This document shows, in pieces, positions 14,702 to 29,347 of a stretch of DNA of 64,000 bases (positions are counted from its first letter, which is position 1; each line of letters opens with the position of its first letter). Both the position numbers and the translations under genes were made by a program. Source of the stretch: Eledone cirrhosa. Its lineage: Eukaryota. The notes below the pieces were generated by a model. That model was not told the origin of the DNA. It ran no database searches and was given only the letters and a program-made list of their open reading frames with translations. The stretch is from assembly GCA_964016885.1 (NCBI GenBank), contig OZ024742.1, forward strand, positions 199,826,001 through 199,890,000, given 5' to 3'.

Positions 14702-14904
14702 TACGAGGGTCCGCTGAAAGTTTATAGGCTGACCAAAATACTCTCATGGAATGACCAATTGAGGTTTGTTTCTCAATATAGTCCTTGGAAAGAAATAATG
14801 CTGTTATTAATAAGAAGAGTTGAAATTAATGCATGCAAGATTTCACAGCTCTAGCATCAGTCCTTCATAGTCAGCCTGTGAACCTTTCAACCCACGCTGG
14901 TGTA
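14702..14904. mobile_element. Mariner/Tc1-like MITE
   Basis: Imperfect TIRs: TA-CGAGGGTCCGCTGAAAGTTTATAGGCTGAC and GTCAGCCTGTGAACCTTTCAACCCACGCTGG. Confidence 0.6.
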
Positions 14905-15939
14905 GCTTAATTGGTAGCACAAGGCTTATCCGTTGTTTCCAGTGTCCATTCTTCTCCTTTGCTGCAGCTCAAATATATTTACACTCTGTAAATTCAAATT
15001 TAATGACAATTACTGCTCTAGTAGTTATCTATAGATAATGAACACAACCACAAGGACATGGTCCGAACGTGGAAGAGCCGAACTCCCTCTATCGCCTCTA
15101 TCTCTCTAGCCCTCCCCATCTCTCTGTATCGTGAACAAATGGGGTCCCACGTGCTGGCTTCCCCACAGCCCGGCGGACAGAATGGAGAAGGCGAAGGATG
15201 ATAAGGGAGATGTGCTGGAAGAGCCATTCCAACTCGCGAGGCTCACACCTGCGGCTGGCCAGCTCAGCACTTATGCTGGTGTGTAGCCCTAGGGCCAAGG
15301 ACACCAGAAGTCTCCACTACCAAGGGCACGACCGCAAACCTGTCGGAGAGCGACCGTAGGCCGAGTATACATAAACTTACATCTCTGTGCCGACTGCAAT
15401 ATTTGAATTATTTAAAGCATCGGTACACCATTTGTTTCCACTGTTAATGTTATGGATTAAAGTTAAAAGTTAATTCATAAATAAATAGATTTGTAGATAA
15501 AGTGCAACGACATGTATTAGCAACAGCAACAGTAGCAATAGTATTAGTATTATTAGGTGGATTGGCAGTATCAGTAGAGCGATTCTGCCAATCCACCAAC
15601 TCTAACGATTCTGCCAATCCACCAACCTAGCAATAGCAATAAGAATACCAATAAATATGTTTAATTCATGATCAAGCATATTAACCACTGCAAAGACTTC
15701 CGCAAATTGTTTTTAATTTCAACTAAGAAGTCGATGTTTTTTTTTAAGTTGAAGGCTATCTTAAATGTTAAAGGCTCTCTTAAATGTAAAAGGCTCTCTT
15801 AAATGTCGAAATCTTTCTATGAAATGTCAAATGAAGCATTACATTGCTTGAATTGAAGTAATTTTCTAGCATGTTAGCATAGAGATACTTCATTTGACTG
15901 CTTGGGCGTAAAAAAAGGAAAAAACATTTTTTTTTTTTT

Positions 15940-16077
15940 AGTCCAGAATTAGCCGCAATAAACGGCTTGAGCTCAGCCGTCGGGGTCCTACTTGTTCCTA
16001 TTACCCACTCTACTACCATAAGTATTGAGTACTTTGGTGCGTTATGGTCCATCTGGTTCCTGACCACATTTCCATAT
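15940..16077 (+). mobile_element. Family A PLE terminal-repeat fragment
   Basis: Matches 58737-58875; ends in (TA)n. Confidence 0.75.
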
Positions 16078-16078
16078 T

Positions 16079-16153
<75 letters not shown>

Positions 16154-16159
16154 AGAGAT

Positions 16160-16889
16160 AAGAATATAGTGTACATAGGTGAGACAGCTCGTAGTATAGG
16201 GGAACGGATAAATGAACACTGGCGAGACCTTCAAGATAGTAAAAAAGCATCTGTACTCTACCAACATGCTAAAATAGAACATAAGGGTAAATTAGAGAAC
16301 AGAAATAAAAATAGAATCTACACACAGAAAAGACGCAATGTTTAGACAAATCACAGAGGCAATAAACATAAATGAACTCCAACCAAAATTAAATAGAAAA
16401 CATCAACGGAACAGCAACATCTCAACTTACAATTAAGGACAAAATGAACACACACACGCACATAGAACAAACAACCAACCAGTAACATGTAAATAAACAA
16501 ATAAATAAACAAATATAAACACACACAGACACCCGGATGTAACACATGCGCAAACTAAGCCAACAACACCCACAAAAACAAGATGGCATAGGACAGAACA
16601 AAGGAGAGGCACAAAAACAAAGAAAAGAATCCCCAGTCACTGAAGAGGTCACAGAATGTGTGATGAAAGAACTTTGACAATATATAAACAATCATCTGGT
16701 TGTGGAACCAACCAACCACCGGAAATTTATAAATTCCTAAATTTATAAATTTATTATAATAAATTGAAGTGAAAGCAACTGGTGCGTGTGTTTCTTATTG
16801 GCAACATGACCCTCCCAAAGTATAACAATATCGGTTTCAACACACGTTTTCAGATAAAGAATCTTGCTAAACAAATTCAGAAACGAAAT
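16160..16889 (+). mobile_element. Family B PLE 3' fragment (GIY-YIG end + pseudo-LTR)
   Basis: YIGETARSIGERINEH, paralogous to 6070-6850. Confidence 0.85.
16636..16678 (+). ncRNA. Type I hammerhead ribozyme, family B
   Basis: GTCA-CTGAAGA-G-GTCACA-GAATG-TGTGAT-GAAA-GAAC-TT-TGAC; homologues at 6610, 9104, 22005 and 28019 (-). Confidence 0.65.
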
Positions 16890-16926
16890 ATATATAGATA
16901 TAGATATTTGTATGTATATATATATA

Positions 16927-17224
16927 TATATTGGTAAACGGAAAAGAAAATGCTGACAAATTGTTCCCAGTGAAAAATACTTTAATTAGGAATAAGTAAA
17001 AATTAGTAATAGTATTGGTTAGTATTCAGTTTTGGTTTTAAGTTTTACCGGTTGCGCATTTCTAATGCTTTTCAAAAATAGTTTTGAGATAGAGCGCCCG
17101 TGATGTTTGCTCTAATCAGATTACTTATTCCTAATTAAAGTATTTTTCACTGGGAACAATTTGTCAGCATTTTCTTTTCCGTTTACCAATATATCATAAC
17201 TCGTGTGTTACACCTCTATTCTTT

Positions 17225-17229
<5 letters not shown>
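16927..17229 (+). mobile_element. Fold-back element in (TA)n (73-bp arms + 3' tail)
   Basis: 16927-16999 is the reverse complement of 17121-17194; tail plus part of the arm recurs inverted at 20849-20917. Confidence 0.7.
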
Positions 17230-17304
<75 letters not shown>

Positions 17305-17309
17305 ACAGT

Positions 17310-18340
17310 TCGACTCCTTTCTCTCCTTCTTCTGCTCCTTCCACCCCTCCCTCCACTTCACCACCTCTATCTCCACCACCCACGTCCACTTCTTAGACAT
17401 CTCCGTCGCCTTCGACCCCTCCCACCACTCCCTCGTCACCTCCGCCTTCTTCAAACCCACGGACTCCCACTCTTACCTCGACTTCACCTCTTCCCACCCC
17501 ACCCACACTAAACACTCCATTCCCTACTCCCAACTTCTCAGGATCGGCCGCCTCTGTAGCCGTGATGCTGACTTCGAGTCCCAGGCCCTTTCCCTAGTCA
17601 GCCATTTCATCCGCAGAGGTTACCCCCCCCCCCCCCCACACACACTCTCTCGTCTACACCGCTCTCACCCGCGCCCGTGCTATCCCCCGCCCCACCACCC
17701 TCACCCCACGCCACCGCACACCCACCCACCGTCTCCCCTTCCCCATCACCTACCACCCCTCCACCTTACCCCTCCACCGCACCATCCTCCGCCTCTTCCG
17801 ACGCCTCCAGTCCGACCCCTCCACCTCCCACATCTTCCCAACCCCACCACTCCCCTCCTTCAAACGCGCACGCAATCTCTGCACCCTCCTCGTCCACAGC
17901 TCCCTACCCTCAACCCACGCTCTGTTCCCCCCCCCCCCGGTTCCTTTCCCTGTTCTAGGCTCCGCTGCAACACCTGTCCCCACATCACCAACACCACCAC
18001 CTTCCAGGTTCCCAACGGCCACCCTCTCTCTCGGTCCGGCATGCCTTCCGCTGCACCTCCTCCAACCTAGTCTACGGACTTCGCTGCACGGAGTGCAGCG
18101 CGACTTATGTCGGACAGACGGGACGTCGCCTGGCGGACCTAGTCACAAAGCACCTCCGGGATATTCGTCTCGGGGGCAGTTCCCCCATCGCCCGCCACTT
18201 TGGTGGCCCTGGACACTCCGCACGCCATGTCACAGTCTGTGGCCTACTCCAGTGCCACGGAACACCCGCCCATCGCCTTACTGTCGAACAACGAACCATC
18301 TTACAGACCCACACTCCCCCCGGCCTGAACTCCCCACCCT
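17310..18340 (+). pseudogene. PLE RT C-terminus/thumb + GIY-YIG endonuclease (frameshifted)
   Basis: The same manually translated motifs; this frame is missing from the ORF track. Confidence 0.8.
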
Positions 18341-19709
18341 TATTCCTTCAGCGTTCGACGCCCCCCCCCCCCACATACACACTTATCCTCCACTAACACC
18401 ACTAACACACCCCTCCTTTTCACCGCCCACCCCACACTAACAATACTAACACCTCCACTTCACCCCTCATCTGACCACCCTTCCCCAACTAACATACTAA
18501 CATCCCTTCTCTCCCCTCTTCTCCTCCTCCCCTCCTTATCACACGCACACACGCACCCACTTACACCACCCACCCCACACGCAACTAACATCACTAACAC
18601 CCCCCAACCCCACGCACACGTACCCACACACCCTCGTACACCACCAACTCTACACACCCTACCACCACTAACCCCCACTCACACCTGCATTCAACCCCTC
18701 CCCACCTCCCATATACTAACACCTCTTCCCCAAACTACACACACACCAGTACACCACACTCCCTCCATAGAACCACACACACCCTTCTCTCCCCGCTCCA
18801 CCCACACCCCCGCTCCACACTCACTCATCCCGCTAACACCCCTACTAATACACACACACACACACACACACTCCTCACTCCAACTTTCACACCTACCCAT
18901 CCTCGCCCCCTTACCATTCCACCGACTGCTGCTATGCCCTTCTGACCACCTCCCAGCACCAACAGACCACAGCACTCCGACTGCTGACCACTTCCTGTTG
19001 CGCGCGCACCCCACATCTCTCCTCTTCCGACCACCGCTTCATGGATTACCCACACGCAGAATTTGACTTATAACCAATCCTCCTAACATCCTTGGAACTT
19101 ACCAACTTTTCAACCATCCTCTTACGTCATCACCTATATAACTCACCCACACACACACCCCAAAAATTTTTTTCTCCACACGCCACCCACACCCACAACA
19201 TGCTTAAACCCCACACACACGTGCTTCCCACCACATATTTACACCCTCAGCCTCCTGATTCCTCTCCCCCCCACCCCCCTATCCACACACGCACAGACAC
19301 TCCGACCCACACAAACACCCCCCACACAGACCTCTTCCTGAACATGCAACCCCGTTCTTCCCCCAACCCTTACTTTCACATACACACACACACACACACA
19401 CGCACACCTACACACACACACCACCTTCAGCCCTCCCTGCTCGGACACCCCGTCTCCCTCTCCCCACTCCACCCGCCACCACCCCTACTCACCCCACACC
19501 CTCCCACCACCTGTTTACCCCCCTTTTAATTTCAGTTTATTTTGATCATGCCTTTATTTTTAAATTTTCTCATTCCTTGTATTTTGATCATGCTTTATTT
19601 TTATTTTTTATCTTTATTTGTTAATTTTTCATTCGCACCGTTTCCTTTCGCTATATGTCTCTCCACCACTCCCCTACACACCTTTTGAACTCTGTTCCCA
19701 CACACTTCT

Positions 19710-19743
19710 CACCTGAGGAAGGGCTAATGCCCGAAACGTCGTC
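19710..19743 (+). ncRNA. Minimal hammerhead ribozyme
   Basis: AC-CTGAGGA-A-GGGC-TAAT-GCCC-GAAAC-GTC-GT; palindromic stem III, very short stem I. Confidence 0.6.
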
Positions 19744-19829
19744 CCCCACCTACCCCCACTCTCCTGAGCGTGAAATTAATAAACATTTATTGTACTGCCT
19801 CTCTGTTTTGTCCCTGTTCTAATTTTTCC

Positions 19830-19980
<151 letters not shown>

Positions 19981-19989
19981 ATATATATA

Positions 19990-20850
<861 letters not shown>

Positions 20851-20943
20851 AAAGAATAGAGGTGTAACACACGAGTTATGATATATTGGTAAACGGAAAA
20901 GAAAATGCTGACAAATTTATTTATAAAATTGATCTATATTATA

Positions 20944-21004
20944 TTTTATCTGATGAAAGCACACCATAATTTAACTTGGTGTCCTTGAAATATGTATAAT
21001 GAAA
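20944..21004 (+). ncRNA. Type I hammerhead ribozyme, family C
   Basis: TTTTAT-CTGATGA-AAGCACACCA..TGGTGTCCTT-GAAA-TATGT-ATA-ATGAAA; second copy at 57819-57880 (-). Confidence 0.6.
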
Positions 21005-21397
21005 TAAATATGGTTTTATAAATATAGTTTCCATTTGTTAATATATCGTATATATATATATATATAGCGGAATTTGTCGATCTTTGATTTGCAGAAACCT
21101 AGCGCTGATATTGTGTGCTGTATGTGATGTATATCGTGTGCTATACGATGTGCATTATATATTCCATTCAGTCCCAGCGTTCTGTCCAGGTCAGTCTAAA
21201 ATCTTTTCCTGAGTCCTGTATTTTCGTTGCTGCGGTAATGCGGGACTGCCGATCGCTATATTTGATTTGCTAAGCTGTCTAAACATATTGTTATTACTCC
21301 GGGGTACTATGCCCATCCGAGTGCTAAAGCTACATACCGAATTTGCATTCATTAGCTTCGCCGCAAACTAAGGCTTCGTTAATGCTGTACTAAAATT

Positions 21398-21438
<41 letters not shown>

Positions 21439-21659
21439 AGATAAATCTACCAAAATATACGGTAGTGTCCAATCCGTATGAAGAGCTCAATGTAATCCAA
21501 ATATCATGAAAAGAGAAGATGCATTCAAAAATTTTTCGATGAAAATCACAGGAAAACAGACTCAAGATAAATTAATAAAAACAATGAATAAAAACAAAGT
21601 TCCTTATATTAAAATATTCATCATTTTACGATCCTTTCTAGGATATATATGTGTTTAAA

Positions 21660-21818
21660 TCGACCCCAGTGCGTGACTGGTACTTTATTTTATTGACACC
21701 GTAAGGATGAAAGGCAAAGTTAACCTCGGCGGGATTTGAACTCAGATCATAAAGGGCCGTAACTTTATGTTGCAAAGCATGGTGTCCGTCTCTCTACCGA
21801 TACTGCCAATCTACCGCC
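21660..21818 (-). mobile_element. tRNA-derived SINE
   Basis: Reverse complement of the 23896 family. Confidence 0.8.
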
Positions 21819-21899
21819 CTAAGCAGAGTGTAATAATACTAATAAAAAGGACGATTTGTTATGTCTTCATTACGTTTATTTAGTAGTGACGTATATATA

Positions 21900-22268
21900 T
21901 TTCTTCTGTCCTACGCCATTTTGCCTTTCCTTTCTTCTGTCCTACGCCAAAATGGAGTAGGACAGAAGAAAGGAAAGGCACAGAAACAAAGAAAGGAATC
22001 CCCAGTCACTGAAGAGGTCACAGAGTGTGTGACGAAAGGACTATGACTATATATAAACAACTATCTGGTTGTGGAACCAACCAACCAACCAGAAATTTAT
22101 AAGTTTGTAGATTTGTAAATTTATAAATTTATAAATATATAATAAATTGAAGTGAAAGCAACTGGTGCGTGTGTTTCTTATTGGCAACATGACCCTCCCA
22201 AAGTATAACAATATCGGTTTCAACACACGATTTCAGATAAAGAATCTTGCTAAACAAATTCAGAAACG

Positions 22269-22271
<3 letters not shown>
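21900..22271 (+). mobile_element. Family B pseudo-LTR with small 5' inversions
   Basis: Matches 16580-16889; TTTCTTCTGTCCTACGCCA occurs twice inverted at the 5' side. Confidence 0.8.
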
Positions 22272-22328
<57 letters not shown>

Positions 22329-22415
22329 TATTAGGGAGAGGATCAGGGGTGTATAACACTCCACTTATCCAACAGGCAGTATAAGGTTAGCTCGATGTCT
22401 GAGGACAGAGCCGTG

Positions 22416-22709
22416 ATATAATCAATAACAAAGAACGCCTATGGCATATGCATATCTTTACTTGCTAACATTGTTTCATCCGCACTATAAGTGGGACTCA
22501 TCAGAGCATAAAGGTTGATTACATATCACACAAGCAATAACAAATCCAAGACATTGAAGAAATAAAGAATAAAAAATAATAAAAGATAAAAAATTGAGGA
22601 AGTAAAAATAATAATATGCTCTGATGAGTACCACTTATAGTGCGGATGAAACAATGTTAGCAAGTAAAGATATGCATATGCCATAGGCGTTCTTTGTTAT
22701 TGATTATAT
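22416..22709. mobile_element. Fold-back element with ~95-bp arms, each carrying an HHR
   Basis: 22416-22510 is the reverse complement of 22615-22709. Confidence 0.8.
22617..22662 (+). ncRNA. Type I hammerhead ribozyme, family D
   Basis: TGCT-CTGATGAG-TACCACTTATAGTGCGGAT-GAAAC-AAT-GTT-AGCA; the minus-strand arm has the better-paired stem II (GTCC..GGAT). Confidence 0.75.
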
Positions 22710-22807
22710 ATATATATATAGTAATAATAATAAATTTCAAGACTAAAATCCAATTTTTCTCACATCTGAGATGGGAGAAAAACCACAGACCCTCCATCTC
22801 AACTCTA

Positions 22808-22843
22808 CTTTTGAAAAGCAGAAGAACTGCGAAACCGGTAAAG
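22808..22843 (+). ncRNA. Minimal hammerhead ribozyme with U3-A8 core, family E
   Basis: CTT-TTGAAAA-GCAG-AAGAA-CTGC-GAAAC-CG-GTA-AAG. Confidence 0.6.
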
Positions 22844-22946
22844 GAACCAAATAAATATATATATATTTTTTTTAAATAAGACTCCAGTTGCATTTTCGAT
22901 TTCATCTCTTTTTCTTTCTACTTTCAATTTGTAAAAAAACCCTCAC

Positions 22947-22990
<44 letters not shown>

Positions 22991-23306
22991 GTATATATAT
23001 GTGTGTGTATATGAAATATGGAAAATAATAATAAATATTTGAAGATGCACTAATACAAATTTACAGTAGCCAACAAAAAGAAATTAGATCATACGAAATA
23101 AATTATAGTTTTTTTGAAAAAAATATACGTGAGTTTGCAAAAATAGATTTGGTGTGCTAACCAGTTTCGCTATGAGTAACGTTTCAAAGTTTCATTTTAA
23201 TTTGTGCTGGTATTGAATGTATATTATCGGTGTTGCTGCATGTCATGTTGAATATATTTTATGTGTCGTTGTGGCTCAGTTTCTTCAGAAGAAAGTGAGG
23301 GAGAAA

Positions 23307-23391
<85 letters not shown>

Positions 23392-23392
23392 G

Positions 23393-23862
23393 TAGATAAA
23401 TCTACCAAAAGTTTACGGTAGTGTCCAATCCGTATGAAGAACTCAATGTAATCCGGATATCATGGAAAGAAGAGATGCATTCAAAAATCACTTTCGGTGA
23501 AAGATAAACGGAATACAGAGTCAAGATAAAATATTAAAAAAATAATGAATAAAACAAAGAAACAGTTCCTTATATTAAACAAAAAAAGTTCATTATTTTA
23601 CGATCGTTTCTAGGACATATATGTGTTAGAATTGGCATGCATATTCAAAAGATCTATGTACAAAATTATACAAACTATCAAGGAGAATATACATACCATC
23701 ACATATATATGCTCCTTGATAGTTTGTATAATTTTGTACATAGATCTTTTGAATATGCATGCCAATTCTAACACATATATGTCCTAGAAACGATCGTAAA
23801 ATAATGAACTTTTTTTGTTTAATATAAGGAACTGTTTCTTTGTTTTATTCATTATTTTTTTA

Positions 23863-23871
<9 letters not shown>
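23393..23871. repeat. Fold-back element in microsatellite (arms ~23525-23695 / 23712-23871)
   Basis: Inverted arms are visible directly; a diverged copy of 23393-23625 lies at 21437-21655. Confidence 0.75.
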
Positions 23872-23895
<24 letters not shown>

Positions 23896-24083
23896 GGCGG
23901 TGGATTGGCAGTATCGGTAGAGGGTCGGACGCCATGCTTTCCAGCATAGTTACGTCCCTTTACCATCTGAGTTCAAATCCCGCCGAGGTTGACTTTGCCT
24001 TTCATCCTTACGGGGTCGATAAAATAAAGTACCAGTAATGCACTGGGTAATTGCTGGCCTTGTGCCTAAAGTAGAAACAATTA
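23896..24083 (+). mobile_element. Full-length tRNA-derived SINE (core resembles the MetaSINE domain)
   Basis: A-box-like TGGCAGTATCGG, B-box GAGTTCAAATCC, core GCCTTTCATCCTTACGGGGTCGATAAAATAAAGTACCAG, tail GTAGAAACAATTA; about 15 copies in the window. Confidence 0.85.
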
Positions 24084-24519
24084 TATATATATATATATAT
24101 AGAGAGAGAGATAGAGAGAGAGAGGAGCGAGAGAGTGATAGTGAAAGAAATTAAGTGAGAAGTAGATATAGAGGAAAAATCCGACGCAATACTCCGAACT
24201 GGTACTCTAACCCCACCGTGGTCAATTTTGTCTTTCATCCTTTACAAACAATTTATTGTCGATCAGTAGAATTTTCCTCATTGAAAAAGTTATCATGATC
24301 AGAACGGTTGAGATGTTCGTATAAATAACATAAGATGATTGGATAAAAAAACAAAGACGGAGGATTAGATCAATAAAATGAGATATTTGCATTTAAAAAT
24401 GTCCTTATTAGCTCTCGGTTATTTTTTACGTCTGGATGTCGTGAGGAAATGGATCTAGATTCTTCTTGGACTAGTAGTAATGATTAAGTTGTTTAGTGTA
24501 ATCATAAATCATACTGAAA

Positions 24520-24947
24520 ATCACGCACACACATCTACACATACATGCTCCACACGCTCACTCACTCGCACACACATACAATGCAACACAGACATACAAA
24601 CGCACACACTTACAATCACTGACACGAACATACCAGCACACACACACATGCCTCATACAATCGTACACACACATACAAGCATACACACATACACACATAC
24701 AATGCATCACACACAAACAAGCATAGACACGCACAATCACATACACATACACACATACAAACACACACAGACACTCACACACACATTTACAATCACACTT
24801 ACACACACATACAAGCACACACGCACATAAGTACACATACAGTCACGCACACATACAAGCACACACTCACTCACACACTTGCAATCACACACACACACAT
24901 AAGCATACACACACACACACACACTCACTCACTCACACACTCACAAT

Positions 24948-24984
<37 letters not shown>

Positions 24985-25315
24985 ACAAACACGCCACACA
25001 TACAATCACAGACACACATAAGCACACACACTCACTCACGCACTTACAATCATGCACACAATCACACACACACATACAAGCACGCACACTTAAAATCACA
25101 CACACACACATACAAGCACACACATACACATACACTCACACACAATCATGCACACACACATACAATCATACAATCACACACACATATAAGCACACACACA
25201 CACACATACACACTTACCATCACACACACATACACTTACTATCACACGCACATACAAGCGTACACACACACATAGAAGTGCACACACATACATACAATCA
25301 CACACACAGCACAAT
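24520..25315. repeat. Degenerate CA-rich simple repeat
   Basis: CACACA / ACAATC / TACAAGC units. Confidence 0.85.
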
Positions 25316-25319
25316 AACT

Positions 25320-25920
<601 letters not shown>

Positions 25921-26014
25921 CACATATATATATACATATATATGTATGTATATAAACATATATATATATTATTTTTAAGTGAACATGATTTTTAAAAAAA
26001 TATTTTGAAGTGAA

Positions 26015-26043
26015 CGTGATCCAACGGGTCACGGGTGGTCTAG
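26015..26043 (+). mobile_element. Helitron-like 3' terminus
   Basis: Hairpin CGTGATCC-AAC-GGGTCACG, then GGTGGT-CTAG|T. Confidence 0.5.
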
Positions 26044-26599
26044 TATATAATAAATTTCCATTATAAAGTAACGAGTAGAAAGGGCTGTATCAATATTTTG
26101 TTGATTGTTTTCTAAGCATGGGGGAGGGGGCAACGGTTGTTTAAATGGGAATTATTGTGATATGTGAATACTTGTGTCTCTGTGGGTTTAGTATTGGAAG
26201 CGTAGAGTAAGTTATGGATTACAGCTACAGGGATGCAGAAATGTGATAATTCTGATGTAATTATACGGGAATGGAAGACAGTTAAAGGGATGTAGAAAAG
26301 TTGAATTTTCGAATTATAGTGAAAGAAGTATATTAGTTTACGGCGTGTTTTGTGCTGGGCTCTTCCAAGTTGAAAATCTGTGGTTTTTGAAGTGTACATA
26401 GCCTTTAAACAACTCATGTTTAGATTTCAAGTACTTTTGCGATGAAAACAAACCCTGTAAAAGTTTGAATTTTTACTGAGGCTGAGGACGATGCATAGAA
26501 TCTTCCTTTATCCTGCTAGAACATTCTCGATTTTCATCATTTTCCATTTCTTTCTGTTCATACTCTCGTCAATCTTCGCAGTTCCTTTTCTATTTTTCA

Positions 26600-26640
26600 A
26601 TCTTCCGATGAAGGACTAATATCCGAAACGTTATGATCTT
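26600..26640 (+). ncRNA. Degenerate hammerhead motif
   Basis: CCGATGA-A-GGA-CTAATA-TCC-GAAAC-GTT; U4 is replaced by C and stem I is poor. Confidence 0.35.
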
Positions 26641-26772
26641 TTTACTGCTATATAATCATTGTAGTATATTGTTCTCCTGAGATGCTTTCCTTGTGGGCCT
26701 TTGCATACATACATAATTACTCACACATACACACACACAGAAACACACGCACACACACACACACACATACAC

Positions 26773-26879
<107 letters not shown>

Positions 26880-27331
26880 AATTCAAAATAGAAACCGCAC
26901 AGAACAAATACAATGGAAAATACAACGGAATGACGGACAGTCCTCTTCCCGGTCAACCTCTGGAAATCACTACAACAATAAATACTACCAACAACAACAA
27001 CTAAAACAATAACATCACCACCACTACCACCACCTACAACAACAACATCAACACCATTAACTTTAACACTTCATTTTTAACGAAGTCTTCTTCATTAAGT
27101 TCGATATCGTTCATTCCAGCACACATTGAGACACAACAAAACAGGCAGAGACAAGTTATACTTTTAGGAGAATTCCACAAATATAGAGTGCACAAGGACT
27201 TAGCAAAAGGATAAAAATATAGAAATGAGAGAAATAGTAAAACAGAAGAGAATATGTACTGTAGTCCAAAGTGTAGACAAACTGCACTGAGGCGTGGAAA
27301 AGCTAAGAAGGGGGAATAGAGGAAAACATAT

Positions 27332-27371
<40 letters not shown>

Positions 27372-27376
<5 letters not shown>

Positions 27377-27716
27377 TCAGGTTATCAATAATGTAGTGAT
27401 AATATATCGTTACGTTAGAGATGAAGAGCGTACGTGCAGGTTTGCTCAACGAGTATAAATTATATTCCGGAGAAATGTAGAAAGGATGAATATAAAATGA
27501 AAGTGCTTTTGTTAAAAAAGGAATTTATTAGGTATTGACATATGTTTCTGTAACAGACCGAATACCTATGTATCGCTGCTTGCGTAATCATATAATGTTA
27601 GCAAGTATTCGATAGCAAATGTATAATCAGTTGTCACTTCTTCAGAGATTTTGGATAAACTGAGTTTAATAAATTCCTTTTTTTTAACAAAAGCACTTTC
27701 ATTTTATATTCATCCT

Positions 27717-27722
<6 letters not shown>
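27372..27722 (-). mobile_element. Fold-back element in (TA)n with HHR-like core
   Basis: Arms 27478-27530 / 27666-27722. The minus strand reads CTGAAGA-A-GTGACA...TGTTAC-A-GAAAC-ATAT-GTC but stem I is not evident. Confidence 0.6.
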
Positions 27723-27803
<81 letters not shown>

Positions 27804-27805
27804 TA

Positions 27806-28122
27806 TTTCGTTTCTGAATTTGTTTAGCAAGATTCTTTATATGAAAACGTGTGTTGAAACCGATATTGTTATACTTTGGGAGGGTCATGTTGCCAATCAG
27901 AAACACACGCACCAGTTGCTTTCACTTCAATTTTTTATAAATGAAATTTATAAATTTAGGAATTTATAAATTTCCGGTTGGTTGGTTGGTTCCACAACCA
28001 GACGATTGTTCATATATTGTCAAAGTTCTTTCGTCACACATTCTGTGACCTCTTCAGTGACTGGGGATTCTTTTCTTTGTTTTTGTGCCTCTTCTTTGTT
28101 CTGTCCTACGCCATCTTGTTTT
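27806..28122 (-). mobile_element. Family B pseudo-LTR with intact HHR (28019-28061)
   Basis: Reverse complement of 16575-16889. Confidence 0.85.
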
Positions 28123-28317
28123 ATATACATATCTGTGTGTGTGCGTGTATAAATATATTTATGTTTATATATAAATATATATATACATATATATATATAT
28201 GTACATGCCACCCGCATATATACATATATACATATATACATATATTTATATATATATATATAGTGAGAGAGAGAGAGTGTGTGAGAGAAAGAGAGTGAGA
28301 GAAAGAAATATAAAAAA

Positions 28318-28410
<93 letters not shown>

Positions 28411-28653
28411 GCCATAATAACCATGAAGAGTTGTTGGTTACCTATCCATAAAAACACATGTTATATATCTACACATTACACATACATATTACATATACCA
28501 CTTATATATGCAAAATTATTCGGAACCCTATACAGGATGTTTACTAAACATTTCACTGCGTTACATCATATCTAATGGTTATAGCATATTAAAAGGCTGG
28601 AGATATTTCTAATTCCCTCCTGTGGTAAGAATTACATTAGAGTTAGGTTCCAT

Positions 28654-28718
<65 letters not shown>

Positions 28719-28808
28719 AGTGTGTGTGTGTGAGTGTGTGTGTGAGTGTGTGTGTGTGTAAATATATGTCTGTATGCATATATACATGCATACACACACA
28801 CACACATA

Positions 28809-28854
<46 letters not shown>

Positions 28855-29347
28855 GAAATGACAGGAGGCTGGATTTGTGTAAATCCTTGAAAGGTTTATT
28901 ATACTATGATCATTTCAATGACCGGGTTCCGTATGAATCCGGTGATATCATCAGGTATTCGAAATATAATACGTGAATGTAATAGATAAAATCCATGGGG
29001 CTGAAAATCGAGAACCCGAGGGCGACCGCTATTCTGTTCCTTCAACCTCAGCCGGTCGCCCTCGAGTGACGTGGCTAAAGTTTATAGTATGCTACTACCG
29101 GTCAGATAAACGAAAACAGAAAGGGATGGGAACATAAGTTAGCGTCAATCTCATGACACAAGGTAAAAGAAAGGAAGGAAGGAAGGAGAGAGAAGAAGGG
29201 GGAAGAAAGAAGAAGAGAAGCCAGGGTTAATGTCAGCTAAAAGAAGAAAGGCAACTACTACCGGTCAGATATAGGCAAGCAAGAGGGGGAAGGAAGATAA
29301 GTCTGCGGGAGGAAGACAGGAAGAGGGGAGAAGAGAAGGAAGAGAAG

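Noticed and set aside
23896-23985. Possible tRNA gene
   Set aside because: A and B boxes only, with no cloverleaf; it continues into the SINE body.
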